From Spirochaetales bacterium (GTDB taxonomy: Bacteria > Spirochaetota > Spirochaetia > DSM-27196 > SLAA01), in assembly GCA_007127105.1 (NCBI GenBank), contig SLAA01000117.1, positions 1 to 58,338 of the forward strand: a stretch of 58,338 bases of DNA. The letters are read 5' to 3'. The notes under the pieces are model-generated. The model saw only the letters and a list, made by a program, of their open reading frames with translations, was not told where the DNA came from and searched no databases. Positions 28,492 through 36,296 of this stretch are shown here, piece by piece. Each line of letters begins with the position of its first letter. Position 1 is the stretch's first letter. A program made the translations under genes and the position numbers.

Positions 28492-29863
28492 CGCGTCGCG
28501 CAATCCTATCCATAATTTCCTGGTACCGCACCGTGTTGATGGGGTACTGCAGTAACACCACAATCCCGATAACAAAAAAGACCGCAGGAATGGGCCCAAC
28601 CAGAAGTCGAATGCCAAACTGAGCAGCCTCAGTCTGCACCGGAGCGGGCACACCCGCAACCGACTCCTGGTAACCAAACCAGGTCAACACCCAACCGTTC
28701 AAGGCAATACCAAAGGCCTGCCCCATCTTGCTCACAAAGGTCCAGAGCCCGTAGAAGACACCTTCGCGCCGCACCCCGGTATCCGCAAAGTCATACTCGA
28801 CTACATCCGGAACTATGGCAAAGGGCATAACGTACTGGGTGGCAAAACCGATTCCAGCAATGAACATGAGCACATATGCGAGCTCCACACCTGCCAGGTG
28901 TCCAAACAGGAAAAAGCAAATCACGGTGACCGCAAAAATGCCCATTCCAATATTATAGCTGGCCTTTTTTCCAATACGGCCGGAGATCTTCACCCAGATT
29001 GGGATAAAGAACATGCTACTTCCCAGGAGTATAGGTAACGCAATCTGAAATCCGGCCTCAAAGCCGTAAATGACCCGGAAATAGTACAGAAGCGATGCCT
29101 GAATAATGTTGATTCCGGTAATGTGGCAGGCCCATGGAATAAGTGCCGTCACGAATGGTTTCATCCGCAACACCTCGAAATAGGAGCGGAATACGTTTAT
29201 CCCGGGTCCCGCTGGCGGATGCGGTTCTTCTTTCACCGTGAAGAAGGTGATGAGCGCGGTTACCGCCATCACCGCCCCCATAACCACTCCGACCATGGTC
29301 CAGCCGAGATCGCCACCACCAAAGGCTCCCAGCAGTGGCAGCACTGCTGCAGCACCCACAAAGGTGCCCACCACCGCAAAAACCATTCGATAACCATTGA
29401 GCACAGTTCGCTCGTAGAAGTCGGTGGTGATTTCGGGAGTCAAGGCCCCGTAGGGAATATTGATCAAGGTGTAGGCTGTGTTCAGCACACAGTAGGTGAA
29501 GCCCACCCACAGAAACAGCGCCGTCTGACTTGTCAGGCCAATATTCGTGAACATGAGAATCATGGAAAAGAACAAGGCTATAGACCCCAGAAAAATGTAC
29601 GGCCGACGGCGCCCCCAGCGCGTTCTCGTTCGGTCCGACAGGTAGCCTACCGCCGGGTCAGTTACCGCGTCCCAGGCCTTTCCAATCATGAGTGCAGTAC
29701 CGGCAAGTCCCGCTCGCAATCCCAGATGGTCGGTCAAGAAGAAGAGCATATAAAAGCCCATGACCGTGAAGAAGAGGTTTCCCCCAAGATCACAAACACC
29801 AAAGCCGAGTTTGAGTCCCACCGGAAGCCGTGTTCCAGGGGACCGCGCAACCCGACTGCTCAC
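28472..29863 (-). CDS. MFS transporter, glycoside-pentoside-hexuronide (MelB-like) family
   Basis: KAWDAVTDPAVGYLSDRTRTRWGRRRPY, IPYGALTPEIT, PDVVEYD..GVRREG. Confidence 0.92.
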   Translation of the reverse strand: MSSRVARSPGTRLPVGLKLGFGVCDLGGNLFFTVMGFYMLFFLTDHLGLRAGLAGTALMIGKAWDAVTDPAVGYLSDRTRTRWGRRRPYIFLGSIALFFSMILMFTNIGLTSQTALFLWVGFTYCVLNTAYTLINIPYGALTPEITTDFYERTVLNGYRMVFAVVGTFVGAAAVLPLLGAFGGGDLGWTMVGVVMGAVMAVTALITFFTVKEEPHPPAGPGINVFRSYFEVLRMKPFVTALIPWACHITGINIIQASLLYYFRVIYGFEAGFQIALPILLGSSMFFIPIWVKISGRIGKKASYNIGMGIFAVTVICFFLFGHLAGVELAYVLMFIAGIGFATQYVMPFAIVPDVVEYDFADTGVRREGVFYGLWTFVSKMGQAFGIALNGWVLTWFGYQESVAGVPAPVQTEAAQFGIRLLVGPIPAVFFVIGIVVLLQYPINTVRYQEIMDRIARRDAGAST

Positions 29864-30948
29864 TGTCCACCCCCGTCAGTGTAGAGGTCCAGTACCCCGG
29901 CTCCGACATACACACGTAACTCCGGCAGTGTCTCGGTAGTCTCGGCAGGCTCGGAGTCCTCAGGAACTTCGGCAGTCGCGGCGTGCTCGGCATCTTGAAC
30001 AGGCGATTGTAGACCGGGCTCAACCTCGGACCCGTTAAGCATAAGCCTTCCCAGCACCCCAGCCTGTAGATCCAGCAGCAGCCCCGTCAATGAGTTCCTG
30101 AGACGCAGTCGCATATCACCGGATAGCGAACGGATATCAGAGGGGCCGGTCATTAACAACTCGTCGGCGTAGATAGCGCCATGGGTGCTCGTCAGCCTGA
30201 GTTCGGCCTCGACATTCTCCAGGAACAGATCGCCAGAGTTGGTCGAGATTGACAATGCTCCGCGCACATCGGAATACCACTGCGAGCCAAGTGTTGTATG
30301 AGCCGTAAGAGCCCCTTCGAACCCCCTCACCACTATCTCTCCCTGTCCGGCGGTCAAGACGGCGTCTCCATTGACGTTCTCAACCTGCAGCTCTCCGGAC
30401 TCAGTTTCAAGCACAAGATCTCCTACCGAGTTCATGACATGTATGTTTCCTGTACCCGATACCAGCTGCAACGGCCCGGAACTAACGCCTTTTACCGAAA
30501 TATCACCATAGTTCGTGCTTGCAATTATGCGTAGATGCGGCGGCACCTTTAAGTAGACACGCGCACGATCTAGCGAGGCTGCCGGTGAGTCATCACCAAC
30601 CACCCGAATCCGCAGCACCCCTCCGTCTCGTTCACTTTCTACACGGTACCGGGTGGGGAGATCCACCCCCTCAACCGAGATGTACAAGGCGTCCGGGTCG
30701 GCTTCAAAATGCATGGAAAGCGTTCGACTGTTGATTGAGACCGTGTGAACGCCAAAATATCGGGCGCCAGCAATCTCGCTGTAACCCAAAGCGGCTAACT
30801 GTGGCGAAAGGCTCATAAGCAATGCGCAGCCAACAAACATGGTGGCGAGACGCGAACAAGACCTAAAGAGGTATCTATGGGACTGGGACCGTATTCTTTT
30901 AATCAACTTCACCACAATCTCCCACCGGGTCCGACCAACGCCCCTCAC
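29860..30948 (-). CDS. DUF4097-like beta-strand-repeat (adhesin-like) exported protein; start uncertain
   Basis: Repeated T-x-S/N-G-D/N-I/L units (TNYGDI, SGTGNI, TESGEL, TNSGDL, STHGAI, SLSGDM); GTGA coupling at both ends. Confidence 0.75.
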   Translation of the reverse strand: MRGVGRTRWEIVVKLIKRIRSQSHRYLFRSCSRLATMFVGCALLMSLSPQLAALGYSEIAGARYFGVHTVSINSRTLSMHFEADPDALYISVEGVDLPTRYRVESERDGGVLRIRVVGDDSPAASLDRARVYLKVPPHLRIIASTNYGDISVKGVSSGPLQLVSGTGNIHVMNSVGDLVLETESGELQVENVNGDAVLTAGQGEIVVRGFEGALTAHTTLGSQWYSDVRGALSISTNSGDLFLENVEAELRLTSTHGAIYADELLMTGPSDIRSLSGDMRLRLRNSLTGLLLDLQAGVLGRLMLNGSEVEPGLQSPVQDAEHAATAEVPEDSEPAETTETLPELRVYVGAGVLDLYTDGGGQ

Positions 30949-31472
30949 GTTTCCGGCGTACCCTTGTTCGCATCATTGGTGCCAAGTACAGCGGACGAGC
31001 TTTTGAGCGTAGTTCGTCGAGCTCCGCTACGGCATTCAGTACACCCAAGGACGTGAATATGCTTACGTCCCTCGCGCTCGAACATTCGGGCGACCACGTA
31101 CGCTTCTTTCGGAAGTGTAGCACGACACACCGGACAGATGCGAGCATTCGCGGTAGCGGACGAGGAACCTGGTTTGCAGTAGGGGCACCCAAACATGTGA
31201 GTAATTGCGTCACGAACCTCACCGCGTCGAGCTACGCCTTGCCGGGGTGGTGCGCCGGAATACACGACGGTGTGCACTCGTTCACCTCGCCGAAGCATGG
31301 TACGACACAAGGGGCATGGACGTAGAACCTCAAGCCCATTGTTGCCGGATGCGCGTGCTCCGCTCGCGTGAGTCTTGCCAGGAAGCACCCCACCCCCTTT
31401 GCCGAAACGCAGCAAACTGTAGATCAGGAGTGCAACCACAATACCAACGAAGGTGAGTACGAAAAAATGGAT
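30945..31472 (-). CDS. Membrane-anchored protein with four CxxC motifs (putative double Zn finger); probable ATC start, first canonical start GTG 31439
   Basis: CPLC, CPYC, CPVC, CTEC; AGGAGG SD 7 nt before in-frame ATC; TM segment FFVLTFVGIVVALLIYSLL. Confidence 0.75.
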   Translation of the reverse strand: MHFFVLTFVGIVVALLIYSLLRFGKGGGVLPGKTHASGARASGNNGLEVLRPCPLCRTMLRRGERVHTVVYSGAPPRQGVARRGEVRDAITHMFGCPYCKPGSSSATANARICPVCRATLPKEAYVVARMFEREGRKHIHVLGCTECRSGARRTTLKSSSAVLGTNDANKGTPET

Positions 31473-31503
31473 AGTTGAGCCTCCTGATGACCTATCGGCT
31501 CAA

Positions 31504-31533
31504 ATGGTAGTCGTACAATAGGGGGATAGGCAA
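31504..31533 (-). promoter_or_regulatory. Candidate sigma-70 promoter for the long minus-strand operon
   Basis: TTGCCT-N18-TACCAT upstream of the AGGAGG SD. Confidence 0.4.
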
Positions 31534-31561
31534 GCCGAGAGAGGGCGACTACACTCAATTC

Positions 31562-32242
31562 ATGGGTCGTGTATACATGGTTGCTACACCAATTGGAAAT
31601 CTGAAAGACATCACCTACCGCGCGGTTGAAATTCTCCATTCCGTGAACCTTATCCTGTGTGAAGACACCAGACATAGCCGCAAGTTGTTCCAAGCCTACG
31701 ATATTCGAGCAGAACTCTGGAGCTGCCCTCAGCAGCATCAACGCCGGGTCGCCGAGCAGCTTTGCGAACGCCTTGGCGAGGATGGCGAAGCAGCGTATGT
31801 CAGCGACGCCGGAACTCCGGGAATAAGCGATCCAGGAAGTGCCTTGGTTGAGGTGCTGTACAAGGCTGGGCATGAAGTGGTCCCCATTCCAGGCCCTTCC
31901 GCGCTTTCGGCCATCCTGAGCATTGATCCTTTCCCGGGAAAGACAGTAATTTTTGAAGGTTTTTTGTCGATCAAACGAGGAAAACGCCGATCTAGAATAA
32001 ACGAGTTGCTTGCCAGCGGTGATAAGTTTATCCTGTACGAGTCACCGTATCGTATAGTTGCAGCATTGGCCGATATGGCCGACGCTGAACCGGAGCGGCA
32101 GCTGGTGCTTGGTAGGGAAATGACTAAAATTCATGAGGAGTATCGTTTTGGCACGAGCGCTGAGATCCACAACGACTTCGCCCGACGTGATTCCATTAAG
32201 GGTGAGTTCGCACTGCTTGTATCGGGTGCAAAAAAGCGTTAA
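31562..32242 (+). CDS. rsmI: 16S rRNA (C1402-2'-O)-methyltransferase
   Basis: VATPIGNLKDITYRA, CEDTR, SDAGTPGISDPG, YESPYR, REMTKIHEE. Confidence 0.95.
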   Translation: MGRVYMVATPIGNLKDITYRAVEILHSVNLILCEDTRHSRKLFQAYDIRAELWSCPQQHQRRVAEQLCERLGEDGEAAYVSDAGTPGISDPGSALVEVLYKAGHEVVPIPGPSALSAILSIDPFPGKTVIFEGFLSIKRGKRRSRINELLASGDKFILYESPYRIVAALADMADAEPERQLVLGREMTKIHEEYRFGTSAEIHNDFARRDSIKGEFALLVSGAKKR

Positions 32243-32266
32243 AATTAAGACACCGGATGCCGATAC
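32240..32266 (+). promoter_or_regulatory. Sigma-28 promoter of flgM
   Basis: TAAA-N15-GCCGATAC; the -35 box overlaps the rsmI stop codon. Confidence 0.82.
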
Positions 32267-32290
32267 TACAAATGAAAGGAAGGCTCTGCG

Positions 32291-32575
32291 ATGACAATCG
32301 ACAGGCTTGGTCCGATAGACCCGGTGCAAAAGTTTCAGAAAGCTCAAGGCGATGCGAATGCTCGTCGTAAAGAAAGCGGTGACTCAATCGCATTCTCGGA
32401 CGAGGCACGGCTCAAGTCAGAGTTGCTGCGAGCACAAGATGCTGTACGAGCTGGACAAGATGTACGGGCAGACCGTGTAGCCGAAGTTGCTAAAAAGCTT
32501 GAGGATCCCAACTATATTGACAACAAGGTTCTTGGTGTAGTTGCCGACCGGATAATGGATGTCTTTGACTTATAA
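32291..32575 (+). CDS. flgM: Flagellar anti-sigma-28 factor FlgM
   Basis: DSIAFSDEA and DVRADRVAEVAKKL..PNY...VADRI motifs; 94 aa; sigma-28 promoter upstream. Confidence 0.85.
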   Translation: MTIDRLGPIDPVQKFQKAQGDANARRKESGDSIAFSDEARLKSELLRAQDAVRAGQDVRADRVAEVAKKLEDPNYIDNKVLGVVADRIMDVFDL

Positions 32576-32672
32576 AATTCCGCGTTAGCCCATGGCCGAC
32601 GGATGCATTGGCCTGCCCTTAAGGCCGAAAACGGCCACAGTGGCAGAACGGACCTAACAAGGCGGATGGCTA

Positions 32673-33824
32673 ATGCCGGATAGCGTTTTTCACGTACCCG
32701 CACGAATCACCTTTGGAGTCGACGTACTCAATAGACTCGGCGTCATAGCCTCGACTTACGGAACGCGAGCTCTTCTTGTTACAGAACCCAACCTCCGTGA
32801 TCCAGGGCACATTCGCAGAGTACAAGACCTGCTTTCCAAAAAAGGGATAGATGTCATCCTCCACGATGAGCTTTTGAGCGGTGCTCAAGCTGGTTCGATG
32901 GATGAAGCCATAGGGCTTGCCCGGGCCGGAAAGGTTCAAATGGTTATTGGACTCGGCGGTATGAATGCGGTATTGGCGGCCCGTTGTGCCTCGGTTGCTG
33001 CACCTAATCAGGAGGCTGGCAGCGCTACCCTTCTGAGTGGAGCTCCACACCCCAAGCCCGCGCTTCCTTGTATTGCTATTCCCACCGCGATCCGAGATCA
33101 CTTTCTTTTTACCGAGGACGTTGTACTGGTAGACAGTTCTTCAAAAACTGCACGTTCGGTACGTCTGGGGCCGAGCAGTATTCGTGAAGTACTGGTAGAT
33201 CCGCGCCTCAACCTCAGCCTGTCAAAGAAGGCGGTTGGTGCTGCGCTTCTGGATACGCTGTCCGCCGCCTGCGAAGGCTATTTGTCAAAAAAGAATACCT
33301 TTCTCTCCGAAACGCTCTTCTTGGAGAGCTGCCGTGCCGTCCATGATGCGGTTGAACTCATACATCGACAGTCGGAGGATCTTCGAGGACGATTTCGCGC
33401 ATGTGAGGCAGGCATGGCCTGTTCAATTGCGTTGTCATCCTCGGTGCAAGGACCGGCGGGTGCCCTGACCTATGCTATCAATGCGAAATACGGCATACCC
33501 AAAGCCTGGGTGGCAACCGTACTGTTGCCGCACATGCTTGACTATGCGGTAGCTCCGCGAACCGACAGGCTGGTGAAGATTGCGGAAGCCCTTGGTGAGG
33601 AAGCCGACGGTCTGGACATTAACGACGACGCCAGCCGTGCGGCCTCGGCGGTACGTCGCATCATGGGACGCCTGGGGCTAACCTCTCGCCTGCGCGACTT
33701 CGACATCCGCCTGGACGACATGTTCGAAATGTCGGAAATTGCGGCCGGACTCGAAATGAGCGGGTACAGCCCGGTTGCACATTCGTCCGAGGACATCTAC
33801 GAAATGGTTAAGGCCGCCTTTTAG
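32673..33824 (+). CDS. Iron-containing alcohol dehydrogenase-fold protein with degenerate active site
   Basis: PARITFG, ALLVTE, VIGLGG, IAIPT, LVDPRL, VLLPHML, LGLTSRLRD framework; metal-binding His residues absent. Confidence 0.82.
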   Translation: MPDSVFHVPARITFGVDVLNRLGVIASTYGTRALLVTEPNLRDPGHIRRVQDLLSKKGIDVILHDELLSGAQAGSMDEAIGLARAGKVQMVIGLGGMNAVLAARCASVAAPNQEAGSATLLSGAPHPKPALPCIAIPTAIRDHFLFTEDVVLVDSSSKTARSVRLGPSSIREVLVDPRLNLSLSKKAVGAALLDTLSAACEGYLSKKNTFLSETLFLESCRAVHDAVELIHRQSEDLRGRFRACEAGMACSIALSSSVQGPAGALTYAINAKYGIPKAWVATVLLPHMLDYAVAPRTDRLVKIAEALGEEADGLDINDDASRAASAVRRIMGRLGLTSRLRDFDIRLDDMFEMSEIAAGLEMSGYSPVAHSSEDIYEMVKAAF

Positions 33825-33827
33825 CCT

Positions 33828-34682
33828 GTGATCTCGCCACGAAAGTTTCGTCGTTTACCCTACTCCACTCGACTACGAAAAAGTTACCGCCTGGTGCTTG
33901 ATATTCAACGGTGTCTTCGCCGTGGCGAACAGCCGGATACCGGCATGGTGGCGCTTTTGCACGCTGCCACTGAACTTGGGCAGGAAGACACCACTGCCCG
34001 GGAAGCCTCGAGTTGGCTCGCGGCGCTGGCTACCGCGTTGGGAGACGACCAAAACACCGCACAGGCTGGCCTTGAGCGGCTCTGTGAACAGGCTGCTTCC
34101 GCTCTTGAGGCCCTGTGTGGCATAGCCCCAGCCGACTGGGATCTCCTTCCGCCGCTCGAGGCGCAGTCACCTCTCCTGCAGCCGCTGCAGCAGCCGCTGG
34201 CAAATGGATCTGCGTCGGGCACCCGCCCGGAAACGGCCCACACTGCGGACATCAGCCTGTACCTTGAGGATCTACGTTCGCCCTTTAACATCGGTTCAGT
34301 CATCCGCAGCGCCGCCGCCTTTGGGTGTCGTGCGTTGTATCTGTCTCCTGGGTGTGCAGATGAACGGCACCCTCGCTGCCAGCGGGCCGCAATGGGAGCA
34401 CACCAGATGCTGGATATTACGCGTATCTCCTTAAGCGAGCTGAGGGAGAGGCAGCCGGAGGCGAGTATTGTGGCCCTGGAAACCGGTGGAACTCCCATAA
34501 ACGAGTTTGAGTTTCCCCGGCAGGGAGTTCTGGTGTTAGGCAATGAGGAACTGGGTATTGAGTCTTCAACGCTTGCTGCCCCGGATGTCCTCCGGCTCAG
34601 CATTCCCTGCTATGGCCACAAAGCAACCCTCAATGTGGGAGTTGCCGCTGGAATAGCTCTGTCGTGGTGGCGTGCCAGATAA
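33828..34682 (+). CDS. TrmH/SpoU family RNA methyltransferase with N-terminal extension
   Basis: LEDLRSPFNIGSVIRSA, RAAMGA, LVLGNEELGI, IPCYGHKATLNVGVAAGI. Confidence 0.9.
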   Translation: MISPRKFRRLPYSTRLRKSYRLVLDIQRCLRRGEQPDTGMVALLHAATELGQEDTTAREASSWLAALATALGDDQNTAQAGLERLCEQAASALEALCGIAPADWDLLPPLEAQSPLLQPLQQPLANGSASGTRPETAHTADISLYLEDLRSPFNIGSVIRSAAAFGCRALYLSPGCADERHPRCQRAAMGAHQMLDITRISLSELRERQPEASIVALETGGTPINEFEFPRQGVLVLGNEELGIESSTLAAPDVLRLSIPCYGHKATLNVGVAAGIALSWWRAR

Positions 34683-34696
34683 CGGCGGACTGGCGC

Positions 34697-36181
34697 CTAA
34701 CCGCGGGCGTCCCGGTCAAAGGCCTCGGTGAGCCGCGCCTCGACCTTGAGCAGATCTTCTTCATTCTGCATTCGAAACTCACGCAGTGCCGGAAGGTATA
34801 CCTGGTCAAAGGAAAGGCGGTCTTCCTTGTAGTGGCATAGCGTATTTGCCATGTACACCGCTAAAGCAACTTCTTGGAACTCTTCAGGCGCATCGAGCGG
34901 GTGGTGGTGATACTTAATGGCATTCACCAAGGCGTCCGGGAAGTTCCAGTTTTGAGCCACAATGCCGCCTATCTCGGCATGATTGACCCCGTTGGCCAAA
35001 TCCTCAAAGAGCTCTATAGATAAGCCCTTCTCACGACAGAATGTCTCCATTTTGCCGTGAACCTCAGGGTGCACCGATGAGAATATGATCTTCCCCATGT
35101 CATGGAGAATTCCGCCTACATAGACATCATCCAGCAGGTGCTTCTTACGGGTAATGTTCTTCGTCAGGTTGTAGGCATAGAACGCAGTCCGGTACGAATG
35201 CTCCCACAGCTCCTTCGTTTCAGGAGTATCCACACCCAGAATCTTCTGAGTTCCGTATGAGTAGAGCAGATTGCGAAGCCCTCGCAAACCGACAAGTTTG
35301 ACTGCCTCAACAATATTGTCTACCCGCTTTGGCAGCATAAACTGTGCACTGTTAACTACCTTGAGCAGATCGGCCGTAAGAGCTGGGTCCGTGGATATCT
35401 GGCGAGCAATTTCATGCAGTTCGGAGTCTGGGTCTGAAATCGCTTTCTGCAGGTTGGTTATGTTCTCGGGGAAGCGCGGAAGCCCCTCTATGTGCTTGGC
35501 CAACTGATGCGAAATAATGTCAAGGTTCTCGCTGCGCACCTCAGACATTGGTATGTTCAGTTCCGCCACGGTTTCGCCATTGCGCGAGTCAATATCAAAG
35601 GCGTCTTCATCCAGCCCAATTTTCTTGAGCATGAGCACCAGAATGACAATTCCCAGTCCGGCTCCTTCGGAGTCGTCCAGTACCGTGGTGAGCGCTTCCT
35701 CCAGGGAGTCAAAAGCTCGCGAGCGAGCAATGCGGTCGTATACACGAATTTGTTCTTTTTTGTTGATCTCGGAGTTGTTTGCTACGGAAATTACCAGCTC
35801 GTTTCCGCGTGCGTGGAAGGTAATCTTTATGTAAAGACCAGCCTCCTTCTGCTTCTTTAAGTAGTAGTCGATGTTGTCGAGTGTTTCCTGCTTGAACTTC
35901 TCCATACCAGCCTGGTAGTCGGCGTCGGAGTTCATGTTCAAGCCTTTTTCCTGGAAGTAAACGCGCTTTGTGTTTGCCTTCTTGGCATTCACCGCAATTT
36001 CTCGCAAACAGTAGGCCAAAGGGTCCCGCAGCTTCTCTTGCCCCATTTCATTGAGGAACACGGCAAGCACGTCTTCTAACTGAACCTCGGTTTCATGAGG
36101 CAGGGTGTAGGTCTTGACGGTAATGGGAATACCGCTCCTGGCCGCCTGCAGGATTTTCTGCGTGTCTACTTTCTTAGCCAT
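34697..36181 (-). CDS. HDOD-domain protein with N-terminal HATPase-like domain
   Basis: LREIAVNAKKA (N-box-like), EGAGLGIV (G2-like); HDOD DPALTADLLKVVNSA, LWEHS, GILHDMGK, HAEIGG..W, IKYHH. Confidence 0.88.
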   Translation of the reverse strand: MAKKVDTQKILQAARSGIPITVKTYTLPHETEVQLEDVLAVFLNEMGQEKLRDPLAYCLREIAVNAKKANTKRVYFQEKGLNMNSDADYQAGMEKFKQETLDNIDYYLKKQKEAGLYIKITFHARGNELVISVANNSEINKKEQIRVYDRIARSRAFDSLEEALTTVLDDSEGAGLGIVILVLMLKKIGLDEDAFDIDSRNGETVAELNIPMSEVRSENLDIISHQLAKHIEGLPRFPENITNLQKAISDPDSELHEIARQISTDPALTADLLKVVNSAQFMLPKRVDNIVEAVKLVGLRGLRNLLYSYGTQKILGVDTPETKELWEHSYRTAFYAYNLTKNITRKKHLLDDVYVGGILHDMGKIIFSSVHPEVHGKMETFCREKGLSIELFEDLANGVNHAEIGGIVAQNWNFPDALVNAIKYHHHPLDAPEEFQEVALAVYMANTLCHYKEDRLSFDQVYLPALREFRMQNEEDLLKVEARLTEAFDRDARG

Positions 36182-36218
36182 ACTCGACCAACACCTTCAC
36201 TTTATTTTGCTACTGAAG

Positions 36219-36246
36219 ATTATAGACTCCATATCCCTTGTGTCAA
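36219..36246 (-). promoter_or_regulatory. Consensus sigma-70 promoter of the HDOD gene
   Basis: TTGACA-N16-TATAAT, both boxes perfect. Confidence 0.78.
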
Positions 36247-36296
36247 GTTTTGCGAGGGAATCAGTGGCAAAGTCTAGACTTGGGGCTCCAGATTGA

